Below are positions 12,815 to 25,285 of a DNA stretch of 64,000 nt, one piece after another. The notes beneath the pieces were generated by a model that searched no databases, was not told where the DNA came from, and was given only the letters and a program-made list of their open reading frames with translations. Each line of letters starts with the position of its first letter. The first letter of the stretch is position 1. A program made the position numbers and the translations under genes. The DNA is taken from assembly GCF_020745735.1 (NCBI RefSeq), contig NC_083409.1, forward strand, positions 4,639,534 to 4,703,533. Reading direction: 5' to 3'. The DNA comes from Hemiscyllium ocellatum (taxonomy: Eukaryota).

Positions 12815-14320
12815 GTCAAAATGTTCGGGGTTGGAAAAACAGCCAGTCAAGCAGCATTCAGGAGAAGGATAGTCGAAGTGCCAAGCATAACCTCTTCATC
12901 AGGAATGTGCGGGGACCCAAGGGAGCTGAGAGATCAATGGGCGGGGGTGAACTGGATGTGAAGTAGCTGGGAATGCAATAGGTAATAGAAGCTTGAGCCG
13001 TGATTGTGTAAGGTTCGAGGGGTGGGCAGACTAGGTGGAATGGAAGGAAGATGTACAGGCAGGACAGTTCAAGAAGGTGGCACGGATTTATTGGGCTGAA
13101 TTTGGGACGAGGTGGGTGAGGACAGAATCAGAAACTGGTGAAATCGACGTTCATCCAAAGTACTTGGAAGGTCCAAAGGTGGACCGTGAGTACTTTTTCC
13201 TCCAGTCGTCGGGTGACTGGAATTTGGCACAGGAGATGGCCAGGGACTTACATGTCCTTGGCACGATGGAAGATGGAGTTGTTTCTTGCATGCCTCTCAC
13301 CGATCTTCTCTGCAACGTTCCGCAAGTTGGTGTCCTATCTCCACAACGTTGAGAACACATTGGGAACAACGATCACAGTAGATAGCGCGTGTTACGGTCC
13401 AGGAAAAACTGTGTCACATATGGAAGGATCGTTTGTGGCCTTGGACGGATGTGCGAGTAAAAGGTGTGGGCACAGGTTTACACATCTTGTGGTGGCATGA
13501 GAACGTGCTGAGAATGAAGCATGGATTTGTGGGGGGCGTGTACACAACAAGCGACTTGTGGAGCGAATAGTCTGTGTGGAATACAGAAAAGGGTGGGGAG
13601 GGAAATATATTTCTGGTGGTTGTGTCAGTTTGTAAGTGGCAGAAATGGCAGAGGATGACAAGTTGTAATTGAAGGCTTTTGGCTGCACAGTTATGACGGA
13701 AGGGAGGGAGCAGAGATTGGAGAAGTGGGGTACAAGGACGGAGTTTTGCGGTGTGGAGGAGATGTGCTGAATGGGAATGTTGACAATTTGATGAGCGAAA
13801 TTGCGTTCTTTGAAGAAGGAGTCCATCTCGATCGTACTATGGTGGAAATGTTCCTCCTGGGAGCAGATGATTTGGAGGTGGCCGAATTGTGATTTAAGGA
13901 TAACGTTTTGACAGGAGTGGTCCTGTAAGGAGGTGCAGTCGATGTAGCTTTGCGAGTCTGTGGGTTTGAAGTAGATGTCCATGCGGAGTCAGTCGCCATT
14001 AACTTGGACTAAACAGGTCCAGGCAGGGTTTTGAGGTATTCGAAATGATTGAGGTGAACTTGAGGTAAGGGTGGAAGGTGTTCGTGAGATGATGAAGTGT
14101 CAACCACCTCATGATAGCGCAGGCTGGCGCCAATGCATTCATCAATGTAGTGGAGGAAATTTGTGTGAATAGTGATGGTATTGTTGATGAAGATGGACTG
14201 TTCCACATACACGATGAGGAGGGAGAATAGCTTAGGCTCAAGCGGGTGCTCACCGCTACCGTTTTCATCGAGAGGAAACGGGAAAATTCGAAGGAGGAAT
14301 TGTTGAGGATATGATCATCA
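12815..14320 (-). mobile_element. Penelope-like element family A, nested in the L2/Crack-like LINE
   Basis: MYVEQSIF...FLHYIDECIG (YIDD-like), DIYFKPTDSQSYID, MFPMCSQRCG..TCG (GIY-YIG), pLTR at 12815-12905. Confidence 0.85.
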
Positions 14321-14324
14321 CCCA

Positions 14325-15020
14325 CATGAGTCAATCGGAACACTATCGTAGACATTCATGGTTTTGCCATCACTGAATTGTCCATGTAACCACCCTGGAG
14401 GTTACCACTGTCCACAAACTCATGTGAACAAATCACAGAAATACAGTGACTGCAAGCTAAGGTCAGACACTATGAATATTGCGACGTGGAACTCACCTTC
14501 TGACTCCCCAAACCTATTCCACGTCTAAAAGCTACAAGCCATGATGTTGATGGAATACTCCCTAATACTTTGGATTAGAGCATACCGAACAACATTCAAG
14601 AAGAATGGCCATATACTTGACAGTGTAATCCATTTGATTTGCAATCCATTAACAATACTCTACTCCCTGCACCAGCGACTGCATACAGTTTGCAAAATGC
14701 ACAGCAGCAATGAACCAGAGATCCTCAGGACCATTTCCAAACCCCCGCTACTTGTATTCGAAAGACACGGGGAGCAGCTGCGTGCGAACAGCAACAACTT
14801 CCAGTTTCACTCGAAGCCACTTGCCATAATGACTTGGAAATATATCGCTGTTCCTTCACTGTTGCTGAAAGAACATGCTGGAATTCCCTCCCTTACCTCC
14901 GTATGGGTCAGACCAAAACAGTTGGAAAGGTTCAATTGTTCCACCACAATTGCAACAAAACCTAACAAAAAAAGTTGGCTGGTCAACGATGGCCACATCC
15001 CACAGATGAATTTTATAAAA
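14325..15020 (+). mobile_element. L2/Crack-like LINE 3' part
   Basis: TPQTYS...MEYSL..W...TTFKK...YSLHQR..TVCKMHSSN; matches the C-terminus of this LINE type; A-rich end. Confidence 0.7.
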
Positions 15021-15279
15021 TATCAAGCAATGTCGAAAACTGCACTCGTTATACTCTGGATATTTGTACAAAATTCGTTGGAGACCGGGCGAGCAGTCGC
15101 AATTCTAAATTCAGCTAAATGTCGACTCCTTTATTTCACTGATTTCACACTGCGGTGCCTTATGATGTTATATGGTGATATGAACAAAACGAGCAATCAT
15201 TTGCACAACTTAGAGTTTGAATGTCGTCTCAGTAAATCGAACAGCATTGACATGGGACACTATCGATTTCAACTGGGAG

Positions 15280-15505
15280 AAAGTGGAGGAAAGCAGATGC
15301 TGCAGATCAGAGTGGACAGATTGGTGCTGAAAACGCACAGCAGGTCAGGCACGAGACAAAAAGCAGCAGAATCCAAATTTCAGACAAACGCCTTTCCTGA
15401 TGATCCACATTCTTGATGAAGGGTTCCACCTGAAACGTCAATTCTCCTGCTCCTCGGATGCTGCCTAATCTACTGTGCGTTTCCAGCACCACACTCTCAG
15501 CTATC
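15280..15505. mobile_element. Head-to-head pair of PLE pLTR ends (palindromic non-autonomous unit)
   Basis: Left arm GGTGCTGAAAACGCACAGCAGGTCAGGCA is the inverse of right arm TGCCTAATCTACTGTGCGTTTCCAGCACC; hammerhead-like TTGATGAAGGGTTCCACCTGAAACGTC at 15413-15439. Confidence 0.8.
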
Positions 15506-16052
15506 AATTTCAGATGTACTATCGACCTGTACAGGTGGTCAAGATGTATCAACGCCGTGTAAAACATTTCAGGAAGTCAACATAAATGTTTTAAGAGGTG
15601 GATTGTCTTGAATAAGAGGACAAAGCTTTGGAATTCACCAAAGTTACCGAAATGCACCTTTAACTCTGATCGCCCAGAGCATTAGAAAGGACAAGATTGA
15701 TTGAAAGATGTAATCATATTTCTCCAGGTTTCATATTGTGATGTTGCAGCTATTCTTTACTCTTCAGAATATTCATCGATAGATTGTAATGATAGGCTAC
15801 TATGCTGTCGAATTCATTTTAAGCTGAGTAAGTCTGATCTGTGCTATTCACGAGGCTGAACGCATTTGTGGACAGGTCATACATTATGTGAAAACAAGAT
15901 GTGACATATAATATTTTTGGACGAGGGAACAGATGTTCAACGTCACGTTACCTCGATTTGTTCATATCGGTTGTAAAGTTATGATCTGACTGGTTTCCTT
16001 TCACAAAATTATTATTTTTAGAATTCATTATATGTAACTTCGATTTTTGCAA

Positions 16053-17240
16053 TACACAATAGACAACAGGTGCAGGAGTAGGCCATTCTTCGAGCCGGCA
16101 CCACCATTCATTATGGTCATGGCTGATCATCCTCAATCAGTATCCATAACGCCTGATTCCACTAACCTTGAGAGCTCTCTCCAATTCTTTCTTAAACGAA
16201 TCCAGAGACTGGGCCTCCACTGTCTTCTGGGCCCTGTACAGCTGCAGAAGAACCTCTTTGCTTCTATACTCAATCCCTCTTGTTATGAAGGCCAGCATGC
16301 TATTAGCTTTCTTCACTACCGGCTGTACCTGCATGCTTGCCTTCATTGATTGGTGTACAAGAACAACCAGATCTCTTTGTACTGCCCCTTTACCTAGCAA
16401 ATTTGCTAATGTTACTATTTCTACCATCTTCTATATCATTAATACATATTGTAACAAGCTGCTGTCCCAGCACTGATCCCTGCGGTACCGCACTGGTCAC
16501 CGCCTGCCATTCTGAAAGGGAGCTGTTTATCACTACTCTTTGCTTCCTGTCAGCCAACGGATTTTCAATCCAAGTCAGTACTTTGCCCCCAATACCATGC
16601 GCCCTAATTTTGCTCACTAACCTCCTGTGTGGGACTTAAACAAAGACTTTCTGAAAGTCCAGGTACACCACATCCACTGGATCTCCCTTGTCCATCGTCA
16701 GAGTTACATCCTCAAAAGTTTCCAGAAGATTAGTCAAACAAGCTTTCCCCTTCATAGATCCATGCTGACTCTGATCTATCCTGTTACTGCTAGCCAGATG
16801 TGTCGTAATTTCATCCTTTATAATTGACTGCAGCATCTTTACCACGACTGAGGTCAGACTAACTGGTCTATAATTTCCTGCTTTCTCCCTCGCTCCTTTC
16901 TTAAAAAGTGGAACAACATTCGCCACCCTCTAATCCGCGGGAACTGATCCTGAATCTATCGAACTCTGGAAAATAATCACCAACGCATCCACGATTTCTA
17001 GAGCCACTTCATTCAGTACCCTGGGAAGTAGACCATCAGGCCTCGGGGACTTATCAGCCTTCAGATCTAACAGTCTCTCTAACACCAATTCCTGGCAAAT
17101 ATTATTTCCCTTCAGTTCAGGTCCTTCAGCCACTATTACTTCTGGGAGATTGCTTGTGTCTTCCCAGTGATCACAGATCTGAAGTACCAATTTTCTGCCA
17201 TTTCTTTGTTCTCTATAAAAAATCCCCCTGTTTCTGTCTG
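16053..17240 (-). mobile_element. CR1 LINE with internal deletions
   Basis: KSPRPDGLLPRVL, ANVVPLFKKG..GNYRPVSLTS, YLDFQK, SAVPQGSVLG, then 3' UTR. Confidence 0.93.
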
Positions 17241-17967
17241 TAAGTTCAAATAATCTTTTTAGCGAGTCCCTATCTCACATTCATATATTCGCGTTGACAT
17301 ATTCCATGCAGTTTCTTAAATTATTCAATATTATTTCAACCATTGAATGATTTTACTGGATGAATTGCATGTTTCCCCAAATACATTGGAGGGAATGTTA
17401 TTCCGTTCTGTATTTTATCCCTTGACCTCTTCAGGCTGTGATTATCATTGATGAACATTTACAAATCTGTTCCACACAATTAATATAGAAGATTCGACTT
17501 CTGTGCCAAATGCCCCAGTTTTTAGGGTCATTAGATACTGCAGAAATTTCGCGACTATTACACAAATCGTTTGCATACCTTCTAAAATGCACAAATCATT
17601 TTTCTACAATCGACATTGGGGAGCAAGTGGTTAACTGAACCTGTTTGCTCTGAGACTAATTAATGTTAGCTTATTTTGCTAATTACCTTATTCAAGGCTT
17701 TACCGTCAGCCGCCAAGAATGTGAAAAAACACATGGGAGGCTTATGACTTTCTATTAATAGCGAATTTCCCTCAATCTACGACCAATTTCGAGCAAACTG
17801 GGAACTGTGAATCCAAAAAGAAGAAGAGGACATTCGGAGTGAAGTTTGAACCCTCGACCAATTGAAAAATACCTAATGCAACAGATACAAATATTTTCAT
17901 AATAGATGAGAAGCGGCATTTGAATGTGACAGAAGTGGATGATACTCCATGAAGAGTGATTTGAGGG

Positions 17968-18157
17968 ATGATGACAACGGATTTCAATATGACAACGCTA
18001 AGACAGAATGTAATAATCATGAACAGGAGCTTATACGATGCAGTTCACGTACTTTCCACACGTTATGGCAAACTCCCAATAAATTGGCGAGTATATTACT
18101 GTCTTCAAATTATACAAGCAGGATATTATCCAATGCTGGCAATTGTTGGTGTCCCTG
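17968..18157 (+). CDS. First coding exon of a GPR139-like class A GPCR (cartilaginous-fish expanded type); exon 2 not found in window
   Basis: ATG-initiated 63 codons with N-glycosylation sequons (NMT, NRS), ending LQIIQAGYYPMLAIVGVP, then a phase-1 donor G|GTGAGT at 18157/18158. The YYP.LA.VGVP start of TM1 with an intron at this position is characteristic of shark GPR139-like genes. Confidence 0.75.
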
Positions 18158-19781
18158 GTGAGTCAATTTATCTGTTTTCCTTTATTTATTAAGTATGTGA
18201 TACGCTTATATCTGCGAAACATTAGAAATCTGAGCAGGTCATGTCCAATGGTTTCAATCTAGTTTTAAAATGCTCCTCGCTGGTGACAGTCTGTACTGCA
18301 CATGAATCAATATTCAAGCATAAACCCTCAATGAATTAGACATGGTCATCCGGATATTTCTAACCAATCGGCTTAAATATGCCATTCTGTGCCTATCAAG
18401 GAGTTAGGATTTGAACGCTTGTGTTCTGGCTCCAATGTTGAAATCTAACTGTGCATCACAGGAGACATGAACCTATATCCATTTCAACAACAAAATCGCC
18501 CATTCACTTTCGAATGATATGTTACACATTCAGATCTCATTTATTCCATGCCTATCTGCGGACGTAACATGGCAAAGCAATTGAACATGACTAATGTTTA
18601 GCCTTAGCTTTCCACGTTCGAGTTCTCAATTTAAAATCTAACCAGTTCGTGTATATTGCATCTGTCCAATGTAACATCCCGAGAAAAATCAATCAACACC
18701 ACACAGTAGGTCAGACATTTTATCAAGCTTTTGTTTATTTTGCGAATTTTCATTTGACTCCAAAGATCTGCTATTCCTCCCTTCCCTGATCATATCATTG
18801 GCAAACTGATTTGAACATTTCTCTTAAGACAGAATGTTTATAAAGTATAGGCAACATCGTATGAATGTAGACTTATATGGATTGACTCAGTGGTTGCAAT
18901 TTTAAAATGTAATATTCACACTGTCCCAGTCATAATTCAGAGTAAAGTGAATACACGAACTTGTGTAAATACACAGCGGCCTATTCGCCGCTCAAAATAA
19001 AAAAAAACAATATTCAGGAGACCTCATATTCAACTTTACATGCACAAAGATATACATGTATGTCGTCACGCACTTACAATCTTTCCTCATCTGGACCTTT
19101 TGATCGGAAACTTGTACATAACAACTGTATCACACAAATCCTTATTGTACTTAATTAATTGTGAAATTTCATGCCGTCAACCCGGCGCCTAACTCTCGAT
19201 AGACTAAATCCTCTAATAATTTGTTCAGGCGCCAACATTTTCCATATGCCCCTAATTTGTCTTGTTGAACCTATTTGTGACAGTGCTCTATATTTCGCGC
19301 TGACCATAATTTTTGGTGAATGCAACAAACACTGAATGCAATGATGTCAAGGTCAGAAACTGGGAGATGATCCTGGTTGCCCAGTTGCTGCTGCCACAGA
19401 TGTCGTTGTGCTGTGAATAGCACGATTCATCCCTGTCAATGTTGCTTGTTTTTTACAAGTATTTTCAATTGTATTATTCTAATTGCTTATGTATGATGTT
19501 CTAGACTCTAGGGTACTGAGGATTTCAGAAGAATACTCCAATTTACCTTAAAAGATGGAACATAGAACATAGAACATCACAGCCCAATACAGGTCCTCCA
19601 GCCATCGATTTTGTGCCGAGCCGTGGAAACAACCTGAAGCCTATCTATCCTACACGGTTCCATTTTCCTTCATATGTTTATCCAATGACAACTTAAATGC
19701 CCTTAAAGGTACCGAATTTAATACAGTTGCAGGCAGGAGCTTCACACCTCTACTTGAGTAAAGAAACTACCTCTGACATCT

Positions 19782-20159
19782 TCGAGTAGAAAGTGAGGAC
19801 TGCAGATGCTGGAGATAAGAGCAGAAAATGTGATGCTGGAAAGGCTCAACAGACCAGGCAGCATACAAAGAGTGGGAGAATCGACGTTTTGGGCATGATC
19901 CCTCCTTCAGGAATTCTGAAGATTCCTGAAGAAGGGCTCATGCCCGACACGTCCATTCTCCTGCTCCTGATACTGCCTGACCTGCTGCGCTTTTCCAGCA
20001 ACACATTTTTCAGCTCTGATCTCCAGCATCTGCAGTCATCACTTTATCCTCGACATTCCTGAAGAAGAGCGCATGCCTGAAACGTCTATTCTCCTGTTCA
20101 TTTGATTCTGCCTGACCTGCTGCGCTTTTCCAGCAATACATTTTCAGGTTTTTTTGACT
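19782..20159. mobile_element. Non-coding PLE-derived unit: inverted pLTR pair plus tandem third pLTR
   Basis: Arms 19785-19914 and 19921-20050 are inverted copies; third direct copy 20054-20148; flanked by TCTGACATCT (19772-19781) and TCTGACGTCT (20160-20169). Confidence 0.85.
20059..20086 (+). ncRNA. Minimal type I hammerhead ribozyme motif (core intact, helix II imperfect)
   Basis: CTGAAGA-AGAGCGCATGCCT-GAAA-CGTC. Confidence 0.55.
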
Positions 20160-20225
20160 TCTGACGTCTGTCCTGCATCAACCATCTCTCAATTTAATTC
20201 TATGTCTCCTCGTGCTAGCCATAAA

Positions 20226-20325
20226 NNNNNNNNNNNNNNNNNNNNNNNNNNNNNNNNNNNNNNNNNNNNNNNNNNNNNNNNNNNNNNNNNNNNNNNNNNN
20301 NNNNNNNNNNNNNNNNNNNNNNNNN
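20226..20325. other. Assembly gap (100 N, probably unsized)
   Basis: Run of N. Confidence 1.
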
Positions 20326-20499
20326 TTAAACGCCCTGCAGCTATTTCACACAGATTATCATTTTTTCATCATGTCAAGTTTTCTGCTAGGTCTCTGGATA
20401 GTTATATTCAAACGTCAATATATCTCAGAAAGGACAGAAGTCAGAACACTGAATTTGGGAAATTCAACGCAGAGAGTCAGAAAGTGAGAGCATCACTGG

Positions 20500-22015
20500 C
20501 GTGTACAGAACTTAAACAGATCCTTTGCTCCAAAACTGCCACGCTGACCAGATATCCTAATCCAATAAGGCCCCATTATCCAACACTTGACATATATCCC
20601 TCCAAACAATCCGCATACATATACCTATCCAGATGGCTTTAAATGCTGTAATGGTACCAAACTCTACCACTTCCCCGGGCAGTTCATTTAATTAACGTAC
20701 CACTTTCTGTGTGGAACAAACATTGCACATTAGCTCCCTTTTTGTATGTTTGCTCACTGGCCCTCAAACTGTGTCTTTTCGTTTTGGTTCTCCCCACAGC
20801 AGGGGCAAATAAAGAAGAACCTTGTCTGCTTATCCTATCCAAATCCTTCATGATTTCACAAATATCTATAGTTTCACCCCTATCTATAGTTTCTCCCCTT
20901 AATAGGCATAATTATTGTTATTGCTGATTGTGAATCTATACGCGCGTGAATACGATATCACTGAGCCAAGTAGAGAATTCAAAATAACTCTGAGACAATT
21001 TAAGTGCCATGGAGATTTGTCACGCATCACAGAATATCTTCAACTTGGAAGAAAGGCGGAATAAACTGGGGCTCTTTTCGCTGGAGCGCACATAGACGCA
21101 CAAGGTTAATCTAAAACATGCAACAACAGCAATTACGCATATTAAGGGGTGAAACTATAGATAGGATAGACTGGAAGTGCAAGCCACATTCCAAAAGAGA
21201 CGCAAGCATTGTCCTTTCCAGTCGCATGTGACCTCCCAAAATCTATACTCAGTACACAGAACGATAAAGGAAAGCATATCAAATGCCTTCTTCACTATTT
21301 GATCGACCTGCGACTGTACTTGCAAGGAAATAAGAATCTGCACTACTAGGTAGCTTGTTCAGCTGTGATTTCCATAACCTTATCATTAAATGTTTAAGTT
21401 CTACTCTGATTTGATGTTCCAAAGTGCAGCAACTCGCATGTATCCAAAATAAACTCAACTTGTCGCTCTTCAGCTTATAAGCCCATCTGAACTCAATCCC
21501 GCTATTCTGTGAAGTGGTCTTCATCTCTGCCCACGATACCTGCAATGCTGCTGTCATCTGCAATCTTGTTAACTGTACCTCCTATGTTCACATCCAAGTC
21601 AATAATTTAAACAAAAAAAAAGCAGCACGGATTCTTGTGGCACTCCACTGGTCGCATGCCTTCTCAAAGGTATCCCTCCACCATCAGCCTCTGCCTTCTA
21701 TCGTAGAGCAATTTCTGTATCAAAATGAAGAGGTCTCCCTGTATTAGATGAAATCTAATCTTATTAAGCAGTATCCCAGGAGGAATCCTGTCGAACACCT
21801 TTATAAAGTCTGAAAAGATCACGTTATCGCTCTGCACTCATGATTCCTTTCTGTTTCATCTTCGAAATAAATTCAATCATGTTCGTGAGACATTATTCTC
21901 CACGCCCAAAGCTATGCTGACAATTACCAAATTAGTACTTGTTTTTCCAAATACACGTAAGTCCTGCCGTTCGGAATTCCTTGCAACAATGTGTTCGGCA
22001 TCGATGTCAGGCTCA
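20500..22015 (-). mobile_element. Decayed CR1 pieces (3' end 20500-20900; RT 21155-22015)
   Basis: QVDQIVKKAFDMLSFI, ADDS, VPQES-like and DFIKVFDRIP motifs on the minus strand. Confidence 0.75.
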
Positions 22016-22699
22016 TCCAAACAGTTCATATATCACAAATAACGTAATCAGTCATTGTATATCTTGACATCCTTCATACTCTTCTAACTTCGTATTCACG
22101 TTTATTCAGTTATTTTAACCCACATACCCAACTGTAACGTACGTTGTTTTCCAGCTTTATTTTCAACATCAGTTTCAGTTAATACATAACTTAAACAGCA
22201 TTTCTGTTATGATTCATCCGTCTCCACACTCCCTTCTTTTGAAGTCATCTTTTTTGCGTAGTTTGCTTCGTACTGAGTTTGAAGTCAATTGGTCTGACTT
22301 TGCCTGACCAACACCACATCGTCTTTTGGACCAGATTCTGCAGTGTGCGAATCAAGCCCTTGAGGCATTTCCTTCATGGCGAGAAATTTCTGCTCTGAAT
22401 TGTACTGACGACATAACCAAATGTGTTATGTAAAAGTTCAATGGGGTTCAATTAAAATAGAATTATTGTGTACAGTTCATCATCGAACTTTCTGAACTGT
22501 TTTCATTGTGGTTGAGGTAATTTATATGTTCCCAACATATAATGATGGCGCAGTTTCATTTCGGCAATATCTGCAAATGTTGTTTCTCGTGTATGTTTTT
22601 TTTCTCACAGTTACGCTGCACTTAAATGCCTCAATCAAATTACTTTCACCTGTTTAAGCCTAACCACGTGGAAAAGCCTTTTCAATATTTTCATTCTGA

Positions 22700-23700
22700 T
22701 TCCTTTTTCTGACTGTTGCTCGTTCGAAATATTCTGCTTGATACTTCCCTTCCATTCAGTGGAACGGTGGCTTCGTTGTTGCCCAGCGTTACAGAGCCAG
22801 AGAACAATGATCCATTTCAACGTCGGGCTACTGTGTGCGTGCGATGCTTGCTCATTCGCCTTGTGTCTACATTAGTTTCCTCCCACAATCTAAACATATT
22901 AAGTTTACGAGGATCGGCCATGGGAATGCTGGGTGGTAGTAATCCTTTGTGTGTGACAGTGAGTGGGATACTCTTCAAGGCTGTGGTATGGACTTGATGG
23001 GTTCGAATACCATTCTTCCACGTTGAAGATGCGCAACAAATCTCCATGGCACTTCAATTGTTTCAGAGTTATTTTGAATTCTCTACCTGGATCAGTGATC
23101 TCACAGAAAAAATACTCCTGCTTGCAAACTGCATGGGCAATAAAGACATTGATTATTGTAAATAATTGAATAAATGCTCATCACATAGGCTGGCTTTGCC
23201 TTGCCTTAGATTTGAGCTTCTGATCGTGTTGGAGTTCACTGCTTTGAACAATTGGAGAACATCATGTCGTATTGCTGCCTGTGCTTGCAGGCAGTTGGGC
23301 AAACATGGAGCAGCAATATTCCGAGTCACTCATAGCGGTTATCCAAACAACTGACAGGGCACTTGTCAAGATAGAATGAATTCATCAGTTTCAATTCAGC
23401 GTTGTTTGAAGTTTGGCCTTGAGAAAAACATGTTGTTTGCTTTCCACGTGGAGATACAGCAATAAACATTTCATTAAGTGTAATAAATAATGTATTTGCA
23501 TGACTGTTTCTTGCAACTTCTGAGCTAAACCTTGAACACCTTTCCGTGTCTTGCTGCATAATTGCATTGATTTTTCATTGATCGAGGCGCATTGGTTTTA
23601 TCTGTAGTCATTGCTATGGTCAACACTTAAGGAACTTGAAGCGTGAATCAAAGTTACTCCTGAACCTGTGGTGTGGCCTCATATATCAGAAAAGATAAAT
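22700..23700 (-). mobile_element. Highly decayed RTE-like LINE
   Basis: WKNGIRTHQV..ALKSIP.....L.....MADPRK resembles the RTE C-terminal W.D...N.EV...SI......LRW.GH..RM.D.R.PK. Confidence 0.35.
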
Positions 23701-24482
23701 AGAATGTCGTCGCATGGATTGCCGTTAACCATATCATACGGTTTTAATGATTGAACCCTAAACAAAACGACCACTTTATTTGGTAGTCTCAATGAAAAGT
23801 TTGTTCTATTGAGTCTCAATCAACTGCGGCATTGCTTTCAAATGGATCTCTGTTGACACTTTCCTGAAGTTGGTCAACTCACTCTGCTTTTACCAATTCT
23901 GTAGTGATCTGTAATGAGGTCAAGACTCATTACTGCAGCTGATATCCAGAAGTGTGCAACAAATGCTAACCTTGTCTTGACATCCATATGATTATCACAT
24001 ACGTTGGATTTGTGTTTTTGCATGCATAGCGAAACTGTATTTTTTTTGTATTTTTCAAGGGTTATGTTATACTTAGTTTTATTGATGAGAGGGCATAATG
24101 GCAGAAGTACTGAAGCTCCTGCATTAATAATGGAAGGGGAGCGATCATTTCTCCCAGGTCAGATTTTCTTTTCCAATGTGCTTTACCTGTAACAATCATA
24201 GGTTGTGTGAGTCCAGGAGAGTTGGGAGTTCCATTAAGTAGTTCTCTGAATTTCTTCTCTGATATTCTCTGTGGATGTCTTTCCATCCTGCATGTAAGAA
24301 TTTGTCTTTATCTCAACCGTTTTTTTTCTGGATGTGTATTTATTGAATGTTACTCTATTAGAATAATTAATTAGCAACAGCTACTGTATCGGGTCGGTTA
24401 ATTTTCCAATAGGTTATTATAAATTCTGATATCACTTATAATGTTTGGAATGCAGTGCTGAAATAAGTTCTCTGTTGCTGTT

Positions 24483-24617
24483 CATTCCTGATGAGGGGCT
24501 TTTGCCCGAAATGTCGATGTTACTGCTCCTCTGATGCTGCCTGATATGCTGTGCTTTACCAGCACCATTCTAATCTAGACTCTGATCTTCAGCATTTTCA
24601 GACCTCATTTTTGCCGA
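24483..24617 (+). mobile_element. Solo PLE pLTR end
   Basis: Same sequence as the PLE-A terminus (GATGCTGCCTG..TGCTGTGCTTT.CCAGCACC), no coding flank. Confidence 0.8.
24488..24515 (+). ncRNA. Minimal type I hammerhead ribozyme motif, core intact
   Basis: CTGATGA-G-GGGC-TTTT-GCCC-GAAA-TGTC, with short helix I (CATTC/GATG). Confidence 0.65.
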
Positions 24618-24970
24618 GTTCACTGTTGCTTAAGGCCGAGTGGCTTGGCCAACTGCATCATTCCTGGAACATCCGTTCACATCTGCCTTTTAACTAAGAA
24701 ATAAAAAGTTAGGGTCTCGTCTACATTCGTAAAATACTTTGAGAGAGGCTGTCTTTGCTCTAAACGCACACATTAGACTCAGGCAATATGTCTATATCGA
24801 ACCGTTAACAATATTTAGAAATCTAAACTGATGATTAGAAATTCAGCAATTATTTGGTTCTGCCTGTTTCTCACAGAAAGTCAATAATCATCTCGTTCGT
24901 ATTCAGAGTAAGCTTAGTCTTCATTCTTGTTTAAAAGGACCTCAATGAGCATTGCAACACTTTTTTTTTT

Positions 24971-25285
24971 GATTAGATTAGATTAGACTTACAGTGTGGA
25001 AACAGGCCCTTCGGCCCAACAAGTCCACACCGACCCGCCGAAGCGCAACCCACCCATACCCCTACATTTACCCCTTACCTAACACTACAGGCAATTTAGC
25101 ATGGTCAATTCACCTGACCCGCACATCTTTGGACTGTGGGAGGAAACCGGAGCACCCGGAGGAAACCCACGCAGACCCAGGGAGAACGTGCAAACTCCAC
25201 ACAGTCAGTCGCCTGAGTCGGGAATTGAACCCGGTCTCAGGCGCTGTGAGGCAGCAGTTCTAACCACTGTGCCACCGTGCCGCCC
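24971..25285 (-). mobile_element. Full-length, young HE1-type SINE
   Basis: Minus strand GGGCGGCACGGTGGCACAGTGGTTAG (A box), GGGTTCAATTCCCG (B box), (TAATC)n tail. Confidence 0.95.

Larger units (their letters stand above)
19560..20225 (-). mobile_element. CR1 3' end, interrupted by PLE-derived unit
   Basis: (CATAGAA)n tail at 19560; CR1 sequence resumes at 20160 up to the gap. Confidence 0.8.

Noticed and set aside
14541-15416. 291-aa ORF
   Set aside because: Chance read-through from a LINE C-terminus through unrelated sequence into a pLTR
18961-19158. FDR tripeptide as GPCR exon 2 (DRY-like motif)
   Set aside because: No transmembrane context around it
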